From: a bacterium
GTDB taxonomy: Bacteria; UBA8248
Assembly (NCBI GenBank): GCA_965221165.1
Contig: CBDCRP010000003.1
Coordinates: 1,152,001-1,216,000, forward strand
Length of the DNA: 64,000 nucleotides
Direction: 5' to 3'
Of the stretch, positions 8,869 through 16,989 are shown in pieces (within the stretch, counting starts at the first letter, position 1; every line of letters begins with the position of its first letter). Made by a program: the position numbers and the translations under genes. The notes beneath the pieces were generated by a model, which worked only from the letters and a program-made list of their open reading frames with translations, had not been told where the DNA came from and ran no database searches.

Positions 8869-10080
8869 ATGGCCGACCTGACGACGGACCGGCTCTCGGA
8901 TTCATTTCAGATAGGGCGCGCCTCGAGATACGCCGCTCCTGAGTTCGAAGACCAGAGCCTCCCCATCATCTACGGGAATTTAACCATCCCCTCGCGTGAG
9001 AATTCGGGTGTCTACGCGCTCCCGAAAATCGACACCACAGGCGACGGCCTCTACTGCGTGGCCGGGCATGAAATATCAGGCGGCGTCACGTTGTTTGATG
9101 ACGATGGCCGCATCGAGCCGGATGACTATGCGCTGGAACTCGCCCGCAACTATCTGGGCAAGGGGGTCATCGCCACCGCCGTCTTTTCCGCCCCGCCCAA
9201 GGGGAGAGTAACCGCCGTATGCAAGGGCAAGATGGACGCTGCGGGCGCGCTCATCGAAAACCCCGCCGCAATCATTTATGACCTGATGACGAGCGTCTGG
9301 GGTTTCAGCGAACAGGACATCGACATGCAGGCCCTCTCACGCGCGGCGGCCTGCGCGAACGCTCTCGCCTACCGGGCGGGCGGAATACTCATGGACGATC
9401 ATGCGCCCGCCGACGTTCTCACCGCGCTTTTGGGCGATTTTCTCGCGCGATACGAAATCGACCCGTTCGGTCGCCTGGGAGTTCGCATCGCCGGGGAGGA
9501 ATCTTCCGGGGTTCTTCCGAAAAAGGTTCTGCCCCGCTTCGGCCAATGGCGCATCGAGGCGGAGATGGCGCGCGACACGGTCATCAACCAGGTTCCGGCG
9601 CTCTACGCGAGGGACTACGTAAGCGCGCGGCACATGAAGCACGATGATGGCGAGACTACAAAAAACACGTCCTCCCAAAGGCTCTATGGCGTCAGGATGC
9701 CTCCGCAAAGCCCGCTCAGGCTCGAATGGGTCCGGCGCGAGAGCGTGGCCGCCACGATTCAATCGCGCATCGTGGAACGCTATCACCAACCCACCCGCAT
9801 GCTCACCATCGAGGACAACACCCTGAGAGCACTCGAGGTCGAACCGGACGACTACGTCGCGTTCAGCGTGCCCTGGATGCGCTCGGAAAACCTCGAACCC
9901 CTCGTGAATCAAATCGGGGAAGTGATTGAGGTGAACTACGACCTGAGTGAACAAAACATGGAGTTCAAAATCCGGGATACCGGCTTTTTCCTGACATCCT
10001 CCCCTCTTCTGGATGGGACCAGAACACTCGAAGGCGGCCGGCTCCTGGGTGCCGAGCGCGACGCCGCCACCTACGCGTAA
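8869..10080 (+). CDS. Phage baseplate hub / tail tip (Tal-like) protein
   Basis: LPIIYG, IENPAAIIYDL, SQRLYG, LEVEPDDYV patterns typical of siphophage hub proteins. Confidence 0.65.
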   Translation: MADLTTDRLSDSFQIGRASRYAAPEFEDQSLPIIYGNLTIPSRENSGVYALPKIDTTGDGLYCVAGHEISGGVTLFDDDGRIEPDDYALELARNYLGKGVIATAVFSAPPKGRVTAVCKGKMDAAGALIENPAAIIYDLMTSVWGFSEQDIDMQALSRAAACANALAYRAGGILMDDHAPADVLTALLGDFLARYEIDPFGRLGVRIAGEESSGVLPKKVLPRFGQWRIEAEMARDTVINQVPALYARDYVSARHMKHDDGETTKNTSSQRLYGVRMPPQSPLRLEWVRRESVAATIQSRIVERYHQPTRMLTIEDNTLRALEVEPDDYVAFSVPWMRSENLEPLVNQIGEVIEVNYDLSEQNMEFKIRDTGFFLTSSPLLDGTRTLEGGRLLGAERDAATYA

Positions 10081-10091
10081 AGGAGAAAAAA

Positions 10092-11033
10092 ATGCCCATC
10101 GGCGCTGATCTGTCCGCCCGCTACACCGAGGAAGCCCTCGGCGGCAACCATCCGACGAAAGCCCGCGTCATCGACCGCCTGGCCCTCGCCGCCCTGTTTC
10201 AGGACGGAAAAATCAGGGCCAACAGACAGCCCATCGAATGCGCGGGCAGGCTCGACTACGTGAACGCCACCACCCTGGCCCTCAAACCGACGCTCAACTC
10301 CGCCTATTATCCCGCCGTCGCTAATCCCGTGGCGGGCCGCCATGTACCCTTCATCGACGGGGCGTCGGGCGACGTCTATTACGAGGATTTGCCTTGGGAG
10401 GGGGTTAGCATAACGAACGCGGACCTCGTGGCGAACGAATCCTATGCGGTATTCGTCTACGATGATGGGGGCGCGCTCAAACTCGAATTCGAGGCCACGG
10501 GTAACTGGGCGTTCGACCCCGCCACGGGTCTTGCGCACAAAACGGACGATGTGAGCCGCACCCTCGTCGGCATCGCGAGAACGGACGCTACATCCCAATT
10601 CGTTCTCGCGAACGACGTGTACGTCAGGAGTTTTTGGAACAAGGCGGAATACGCCGCCCAATCCAAAGGCGCGCTCGCCACTACCACTTCCACGAACTGG
10701 GCCTCTATCACCACGCACGAGATATTGATGTGGCCGGGCCACGATGTCGTGCGCCAGGAAGCAGGCGGACAGGGCTGGGTGAATTCAACGAGCAGACCAG
10801 GGCTACTGGGCCTGGACATGGATCTCGCCCTGTTCAACGGGTCGGGGCAAGCCTATCCGCAGGTCGAAATCATCGGTTCATCCAGCAACGAAAAAGACAA
10901 TTTCGGGATGGTGAAAACACAAATATACACCGAGGCGCTCGGCGAGGTTCACTCTACGTTCGTCTTTCGCGTGCCCCAAGCGACCATCCTGAGCGTTGGC
11001 GATTATCTCTTCCAAAGCGTCGTTTTGATTTAG
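10092..11033 (+). CDS. Phage tail fibre / receptor-binding protein
   Basis: AAGGAG RBS; N-term YTEEALGGNHPTK; GRLDYVNATTLAL...YAVFVYD...TGLAHKTDDVSRTLVG domain recalled from proteobacterial phage fibres. Confidence 0.65.
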   Translation: MPIGADLSARYTEEALGGNHPTKARVIDRLALAALFQDGKIRANRQPIECAGRLDYVNATTLALKPTLNSAYYPAVANPVAGRHVPFIDGASGDVYYEDLPWEGVSITNADLVANESYAVFVYDDGGALKLEFEATGNWAFDPATGLAHKTDDVSRTLVGIARTDATSQFVLANDVYVRSFWNKAEYAAQSKGALATTTSTNWASITTHEILMWPGHDVVRQEAGGQGWVNSTSRPGLLGLDMDLALFNGSGQAYPQVEIIGSSSNEKDNFGMVKTQIYTEALGEVHSTFVFRVPQATILSVGDYLFQSVVLI

Positions 11034-11042
11034 GAGACCGAA

Positions 11043-11744
11043 ATGGAAATGGAAGTGACGAAAGCGATCGGCCCGCATTTTCGCGGTGAACTCGAAGCGG
11101 CCGGGCTTGCGCACCTATACCTGGGGGCAGCGCACCGACTGGAGGCGAACATGATCCCCGACGCCGCCTGGCGGCCCAAGCCCGGCGAGGCGGAATCGGC
11201 CCGTCCCGAAATCCAAGGACCCGGGCTGGATTTGTGGATCATCAACGTGGCCGATTCGACCACCGAAGCGCAGCGAGACGCCATTCTCGCCGCTCATGAT
11301 GCGCATGCGCCCGATGGCGTCGCGCAAATCCACCGGGACCAGGCGAAAGAGAAACTCCATTTGTTGCTCAACGGCGCCAAGGCGCGCATTGTGGGTGTTC
11401 CGGTAAGCGCTCTGGGCGGCAAGCTGGCCGAGTATGAGGAAAAAGCCAAGCTCATCGACGCCTGGGCGCAGGATTCCGACCCGGACTCGGACAAGCTCAC
11501 CAAACCGGGGTTCCTGCTCGTCAAAAACCGAAAAGACGCCTACCCGACACGCGACGCGACGGGCCAAAGCGTGGTGGATGAGTGGACGACCCTGAGGGCG
11601 GCTCTCCTCGGCAAGCTCGCCTCTCTCGTGAAAATCTACGACGAGAGCGTGCGTGACACCCAGGATGCGAGCATCACCACGAGCGTAGCGACCCTCGATG
11701 CGAAGCTCGCAGAAGCCGCCTCCTCTTTCGACGCCGTGCGCTGA
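11043..11744 (+). CDS. Tail fibre assembly chaperone-like protein
   Basis: KAIGPHFRGELEAAGL...QRDAILAAHDAHAP and AEYEEKA helical region; directly follows fibre gene. Confidence 0.55.
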   Translation: MEMEVTKAIGPHFRGELEAAGLAHLYLGAAHRLEANMIPDAAWRPKPGEAESARPEIQGPGLDLWIINVADSTTEAQRDAILAAHDAHAPDGVAQIHRDQAKEKLHLLLNGAKARIVGVPVSALGGKLAEYEEKAKLIDAWAQDSDPDSDKLTKPGFLLVKNRKDAYPTRDATGQSVVDEWTTLRAALLGKLASLVKIYDESVRDTQDASITTSVATLDAKLAEAASSFDAVR

Positions 11745-12127
11745 TGGCCTCCGAAGCAAACGGGAAAGGGCTCCAGATTTTCCTGTCCATCCTGAGCATC
11801 GCCGGCCTCGGGGTCGCCGCCTACACCCCGCTCTACAACCAAATCGTAAACGTGGAAACGCGTTTGGCGGCCCACATGGGAGAGCGTGGCCACCCCTGGC
11901 TTCTGGAGAAAAACGCGGGCGCGCGCGTTCGCTTCCAGGAGGTGGAGACCCAGTTCCGTGAGGCGAAGACGATCGCCGATCTCAAATTCCGTGAACTCAA
12001 GGGAATTTCCGCCAAAAAAACGCGCGAGGACACGCAAACCTTTGCGCAAATACTGCGCCGTCTGCGCGAAGTCGAAATCGCGCTCGCCAAACTCGACGAG
12101 CGCTTGAACAAGGAGCGTCAACCATGA
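11744..12127 (+). CDS. Small membrane protein with coiled-coil, holin-like
   Basis: N-terminal TM IFLSILSIAGLGVAAY then charged heptad region; TGATG coupling; position after fibre genes. Confidence 0.45.
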   Translation: MASEANGKGLQIFLSILSIAGLGVAAYTPLYNQIVNVETRLAAHMGERGHPWLLEKNAGARVRFQEVETQFREAKTIADLKFRELKGISAKKTREDTQTFAQILRRLREVEIALAKLDERLNKERQP

Positions 12128-12246
12128 TTCCCCATCTTCTCGCAGCGCTTTTCTCGGTCGCCGCCGTCGTGTGCGCCATTGCGGCCATCGAGCCGCGTCT
12201 CATCACGAACCATCTGTGGCACTTCATCAACCCCTGGGCGGATTAG
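12124..12246 (+). CDS. 40-aa hydrophobic peptide (possible lysis accessory), absent from ORF track
   Basis: AAGGAG RBS, ATGA overlap; MIPHLLAALFSVAAVVCAIAAIEPRLITNHLWHFINPWAD. Confidence 0.5.
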   Translation: MIPHLLAALFSVAAVVCAIAAIEPRLITNHLWHFINPWAD

Positions 12247-12405
12247 AACGATCGGGCATGTCGCGCCTCTCCAAAACCGAGTTGGCGTGGGAAAACTCCT
12301 CGCCTTCGAGCCGTTCTTGAACCTGCATGACCCGGAAGAATCGAGTTCCAAAGGAAGCGATGAGGCGCGTCGCATTCAGCATCTTATTCAGGAATGGGAG
12401 ATTCC

Positions 12406-14085
12406 ATGCCGGAGCACACCTATAAAATCTCGGTGACAAAGAGAATAGACTTGCACTCTGGAAACAGCCTCAAAACACTTGCCCGGTTCACCAAAACGGC
12501 GGGCCAGGCGCGAACCGCCACGGAACAACTGAATGCCGAAACCCGCGAGTCCCGCGATGCGCTTAAAAAATCGAGCCGCGCCTTCATAGAATCCTCGAAA
12601 AAACTCGAAAAGGTCGGCGACTCGTTCATGGACGCAGCCGACGGGATAAGCACCCTGGGAAAGAGCGCGGAACAGGCCGGTTCCCAACTCGACTCCGGTC
12701 CGCTCGCCAAAGGCCTGAGCGACATTCAAAAGAAAGCCACGGCACTGCCCGCCTCTTTCGAGATCGCCGGAAGGGTGATGGATGACTTCGCAAGAGCGAG
12801 CGAGGAATCGCTTGCCCGGTTTTTCTCACGCGCCCTCTCCGGCAAAATCGCGGATGCCAAGGATCTGTTCAGCGACCTGAAAAACCACGCTATCAACATG
12901 GTGCGGGATGCCGCCGTCGAGATGGCCAGCACGCAATTCATCCAACCGGCGGTGGGCGCTCTCAAGAAGCTGGGCGTCGATTTGCTGGGTGACGTGGGTG
13001 AGGGTCTGTTCAAGGTGCTCGGCTTCGCCAAAGGCGGTCTGGTGAAAAAACCGACTCTGGGCCTGATCGGCGAGGCCGGGCCGGAACTCGTGGTGCCGCT
13101 GGCGAAAATCGGCGGCGAGGCGGGACTTTTGCGGCTTTTCAAATCCGTCTCCGAGATCGAGGCGGCGAATCGCCTGGGGGGCACGGAGGTCGCCACCACG
13201 CTGGGCGCAAAGGCGAGCGGCGAACTGGCCGCGCGGATCGCAGCCGCAAAGGCGGCGGCGTCCCTGCAAATCGTTTTTTCAGCGCTCGATTTCCTGAGGG
13301 GCCCGAAAACCCTGAAGAGAGGGGCGAATCTGGGCATTAACGTCGCCGGCGCCATCCCGGCGCTATCGGGCGCCACGGGCCTCGCCGCCTTCGGGCCGGC
13401 GGCAGGCGCTTTTTTGCTCACGGACGTGTTGTTCAACAAAGGAGGCGCCATCAAACAGGCGCTTTCTTTCCTGGGCATCAAGGGCCTCATCAGCGATTCC
13501 ACGCCCTTCACCAGGGGAATAGGGAATCTCGCACAGGCGGCCGAACTCTATCTGGCGCTCAGGAACTTCCGCACAACCGGCGTGGCGGATGAACCGATAA
13601 ACCTGTCGATTCCAAAAGCGGTCTACGAGGGCCGGATGAGCGTGGACGGTATTTTACTGAGGACTGCCGGATCTACGTTTCAGCGCATTCAACGAGCAGC
13701 GGGAAGAACCGGCATCTCGCCCCAGGAAGGGGTGCGCCGGTATTTCGGCAAGGAGCTTCACGCCGCCTACCTGAATGCGCTTCCCGTCTTCGAGGGCGAC
13801 GCGGCGGGGCGTTTCGTCAAGCGCTCTGCTCTCAGGCTCGTGGGCGAAGCGGGACCCGAGCACATCATGAACGTGAACCACCCCCAATCGATCGATTTCT
13901 TTCAGCGCGGCGTGCAGCCCATCATCCGCGACGCGATACGAGAAGAACTGGGAGAGCGCGGAGGCGACACGCATATCTACCATATACATATCGAGGGAAA
14001 CCTGAGCGACAACCGCACGCTCGAGAAACTCTCGCGCAAACTGGAGGACATCAACAAGCGCCGCCGCCGCTACGGAGGGGCTTGA
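12406..14085 (+). CDS. Phage tail tape measure protein (short, 559 aa)
   Basis: Ala/Gly-rich helical sequence; FAKGGLVKKPTLGLIGEAGPELVVPL and a second VGEAGPE motif; C-terminal HIYHIHIEG strand. Confidence 0.75.
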   Translation: MPEHTYKISVTKRIDLHSGNSLKTLARFTKTAGQARTATEQLNAETRESRDALKKSSRAFIESSKKLEKVGDSFMDAADGISTLGKSAEQAGSQLDSGPLAKGLSDIQKKATALPASFEIAGRVMDDFARASEESLARFFSRALSGKIADAKDLFSDLKNHAINMVRDAAVEMASTQFIQPAVGALKKLGVDLLGDVGEGLFKVLGFAKGGLVKKPTLGLIGEAGPELVVPLAKIGGEAGLLRLFKSVSEIEAANRLGGTEVATTLGAKASGELAARIAAAKAAASLQIVFSALDFLRGPKTLKRGANLGINVAGAIPALSGATGLAAFGPAAGAFLLTDVLFNKGGAIKQALSFLGIKGLISDSTPFTRGIGNLAQAAELYLALRNFRTTGVADEPINLSIPKAVYEGRMSVDGILLRTAGSTFQRIQRAAGRTGISPQEGVRRYFGKELHAAYLNALPVFEGDAAGRFVKRSALRLVGEAGPEHIMNVNHPQSIDFFQRGVQPIIRDAIREELGERGGDTHIYHIHIEGNLSDNRTLEKLSRKLEDINKRRRRYGGA

Positions 14086-14590
14086 TAACAAAGGAGGCCG
14101 GATGTTTCATGCTTCTATACCTCCTTGGGAATACGGTGTCTTCCTGGCGTGCTTCACCGGGAGATCCCTGAAAGTTTCATGCTTTCGCCTGTTTTGGTGA
14201 AGGCCATTTTTTCCGGGTGGATTCAGACCGGCCGCCGCCCGAAGAGTCTCCTGAGACGCACGAGCGATGAGGAGCGATTCTCTCGCCGATAACCTGAAAC
14301 GGATACGAAGCGGCTCATTTCACGCGGCACGCGAGACGTGAAAGAACCTGAAAGATGAGTTCTCGAAAAGATGGGGAAAAGACGATATGCAGAGGGTTCA
14401 TTCAGAAGCAAGGAACAATAGGTCGTGTGGAGAGGGATGGCTTAAAACATCGCCGACTTCACTCGCGCCATTTCGCGCCGGGGAAAGGCGCATGAAGCCT
14501 GCAATGCACTCAAACGATGGGGTGATGAGGCGTGATATCCACGTAAACCAACCATCAAATATACCCACGAAAAAAAAATATTTTCGCGCG

Positions 14591-14716
14591 TGCATTTCCC
14601 GGTTTTTCCCGGTATTTACCGGCATTTCATCGCATTTGCCAGTCTTGTTTTTCCGGTATTTTCCGCTTTTTTTTCGCTATTTTTCACCTTTTTCCACTAT
14701 TTTTTACTTTTTCTCG
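14591..14716. repeat. About 12 degenerate ~10-bp units with helically phased T-tracts
   Basis: tgcatttccc/ggtttttccc/ggtatttacc/ggcatttcat/cgcatttgcc then tgtttttccg/gtattttccg/cttttttttcg/ctatttttca/cctttttcca/ctatttttta/ctttttctcg. Confidence 0.8.
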
Positions 14717-14718
14717 CA

Positions 14719-15981
14719 TCATGTAAGCGGGTCGAGCCCCAGCACCGCGCGGCGCACGAGTTCCATCCCGTAGATAGGCGCGCGCGACTGCACGAACTGC
14801 TCGTTGCCCCCGAAGCTCGATGAGAAGGTGAACACGTCCCCTCCTGTGTCCAGCGCCATGTGTGTGGCACCCAGCGCCGGCGCGCGGCGGGAATTTTCCG
14901 GCTCGATGTTCTCGGGCGGATTGGGGCCGAAGACGGCGAGACCCATGTCGGCGTCCGACTCCTCGCGCACCCTCCGGGCGAGCGTCCTGGTGAAATCTTG
15001 AGGCCCTTCGTTCTCATCCACCCCGAACATGCGCGCCAACTCCTCCGCGTGAAGGCCGATGACGCCGCGTTTCAAGAATTGCACGCGCTCGGGCCAGGCG
15101 TTCAGCCTCTGAATCAAGGCTCCTCCGGTGTTCGACTCGACGATTGCAATGGTCTTGCCGCTCTGGGCCAGCACGCGCCCCAGCGTCTCCTCGAGCGTCG
15201 CGTTTCCCGTGGCGTAAACGGCCGAGCCCAGAATCTCGCGCACCTTGACCTCGAGCCCCGCAATCATGTTATCCGCTTCTTCGATATTCTGCGCGCGCGC
15301 GGTGATGCGCACGTCCACCTGCCCGGGGTGGGCGAGCACGCCGATGCTCGGATTGATAGATTCGCGAAACAGGTCCGATATCATCTCATCGACGCGCGAT
15401 TCGCCGAGGCCGCAGGTTTTGAGAACCTTCGTCCGGATGACCTCGCCCAGGTCGAATTTCTCCTGCAGGATGGGCACCGCGCATTGGGTGATGATGTAGC
15501 GCATCTCGTGGGGCACGCCCGGGCTCACGATGATGACCCCTTTTTCGTCCTCGCACATGAAGCAAGGCGCCGTTCCGCGCGGGTTTTCGATGGGCGTGGC
15601 CCCGGCGGGAATATAGGCCTGCTTTTTGTTGTTATCGCTCATGTGAAAACCGCGGCGACTGAAATAGGCGCTGATGTAATCATACAAATCCTGGCGAAAC
15701 TCGAGTTCAACGCCCATCACCTTGGCGCAGGCCCCTCTCGTCAAATCATCCACCGTGGGGCCGAGCCCGCCCGTGGTGATGACCACCTGGGAGCGCTCGT
15801 GCGCCTGTTTGATGACACCCGCGATTCTATCCAGATTGTCGCCGACGGTGGTCTTGAAATACATGTTGACGCCGATCGACTTGAGCTGGTCTGCAATGAA
15901 GGCGCTGTTGGTGTCGATGAGGTCGCCGAGCAGCATCTCGGTGCCGATGGCGACGATTTCGCCGCGAACAGGCTCTGCCAT
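14719..15981 (-). CDS. cinA: CinA family protein (COG1058/MocF domain plus degenerate PncC domain)
   Basis: IGTEMLLGDLIDTNS, VGDN, TGGLGPTVDDLT, PGVPHEM, ESNTGG. Confidence 0.9.
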   Translation of the reverse strand: MAEPVRGEIVAIGTEMLLGDLIDTNSAFIADQLKSIGVNMYFKTTVGDNLDRIAGVIKQAHERSQVVITTGGLGPTVDDLTRGACAKVMGVELEFRQDLYDYISAYFSRRGFHMSDNNKKQAYIPAGATPIENPRGTAPCFMCEDEKGVIIVSPGVPHEMRYIITQCAVPILQEKFDLGEVIRTKVLKTCGLGESRVDEMISDLFRESINPSIGVLAHPGQVDVRITARAQNIEEADNMIAGLEVKVREILGSAVYATGNATLEETLGRVLAQSGKTIAIVESNTGGALIQRLNAWPERVQFLKRGVIGLHAEELARMFGVDENEGPQDFTRTLARRVREESDADMGLAVFGPNPPENIEPENSRRAPALGATHMALDTGGDVFTFSSSFGGNEQFVQSRAPIYGMELVRRAVLGLDPLT

Positions 15982-16075
15982 GAATGATTCCTTTATGTCG
16001 AAAATCAGAAAATGATGACCCCCGTGGGGAGTTGCATATTAGGCAAGTGGCTCCCCGCCGACAAGGCGGGAAGGC

Positions 16076-16807
16076 TCAAGGCGACCCCATAAGCCCCGAG
16101 AGAGCGAGCCAGCGCTCGAACCAGCGCGCAGCGCGCCTGTTCAAAGTCTTCAGGTGCCCCGGCGCATCGCTCAATATCGCCTGGGGGTCCGCGTCCGAGC
16201 GCGGGGAATTCATATCTCCCTCAAACGCGTCCAGCCACGTGGATATGTCCTCCACCCCGATTTCCAGGTGAAACTGGAAGGCGTAGGCGCGCTCCCCCCA
16301 CCGGAACGCCTGGTGCGGGTATCGCGCGGAAGACGCCAGATGAACGGCGCCCTCTGGGATGTCGAACGTATCTCCGTGCCACTGAAAAACGGGGAAGGAT
16401 TGCTCCTCATCCCCCAGCAGCGGATCCGCTTGCGCCTGGGACGTCAAATCCACCGGGAACCAGCCAATCTCCTTTTTCCCCTCTCCCGGGTACACGCGAG
16501 CGCCCAACGCCGCCGCCATGAGCTGCGCGCCCAGGCAAAGTCCGTAAACGGGAAAACCCGCGCGAAGCGCTTCGCCGATAAAACGAAGCTCATCGGCCAG
16601 CCAGGGGTATTTTTCTTCTTCATAAACGCCCATCGGCCCGCCCAGGACGATAATCGCCTTGGCATCTTCCAGATCATTCAAAGAATGCGGGAGGCGCTCC
16701 CCCTTGTGGAGGGCCACGTAGCGGGAGGGTATGCCCTTCTGCGCGAGTATTTCTTCGAGCAGCGAGAGCCTTTCCATGTCCACATGCTGAAGCGCCAGAA
16801 CCGACAA
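16076..16807 (-). CDS. Class I glutamine amidotransferase (GMP synthase-like GATase domain)
   Basis: LGGPMGVY, GLCLGAQL, WHGD, QFHLE; probable TTG start at 16807, since the track's N-terminal extension lies in repeat DNA. Confidence 0.9.
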   Translation of the reverse strand: MSVLALQHVDMERLSLLEEILAQKGIPSRYVALHKGERLPHSLNDLEDAKAIIVLGGPMGVYEEEKYPWLADELRFIGEALRAGFPVYGLCLGAQLMAAALGARVYPGEGKKEIGWFPVDLTSQAQADPLLGDEEQSFPVFQWHGDTFDIPEGAVHLASSARYPHQAFRWGERAYAFQFHLEIGVEDISTWLDAFEGDMNSPRSDADPQAILSDAPGHLKTLNRRAARWFERWLALSGLMGSP

Positions 16808-16989
16808 CCGAATACCCTCATACAAACCGGACCTAGAGGAGGCTATTGAAAAAGCCCCAATGAACGAGAGTTTGACGCGACCGATGAAAGAGCAAGAAAC
16901 ACTCCCCCCTTGGGGGCTATAGGTGACCGAGTAGCGGAAAAACCACTCCCCCTTGAGGGTCGGTCTCATCCCTCGCGAGATATACAATT

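Larger units (their letters stand above)
7259..14085 (+). mobile_element. Phage-derived tail-only gene module (no head, tube, integrase or replication genes in window)
   Basis: Eight co-oriented, mostly tightly coupled ORFs with tail or lysis character between M23 peptidase and cinA. Confidence 0.7.

Noticed and set aside
10092-11033. Diversity-generating retroelement targeting the fibre
   Set aside because: No reverse transcriptase in the window, and no template/variable repeat pair with adenine-specific mismatches was visible.
8866-12246. Module-wide TAG recoding
   Set aside because: The TAG at 11031 doubles as the TAGGAG RBS of the next gene, readthrough at 12244 ends quickly, and host genes use TAG as a normal stop; only the 8866 case is retained.
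7259-14085. Intact prophage, or contractile system (R-tailocin, eCIS, T6SS)
   Set aside because: No integrase, head, packaging or replication genes; no full-length sheath, tube, wedge, VgrG or PAAR gene recognised.
14387-14823. Phe-rich ORFs 14387-14773 and 14590-14823
   Set aside because: Their composition is simply the translation of the T-tract array, and they overlap cinA antisense.
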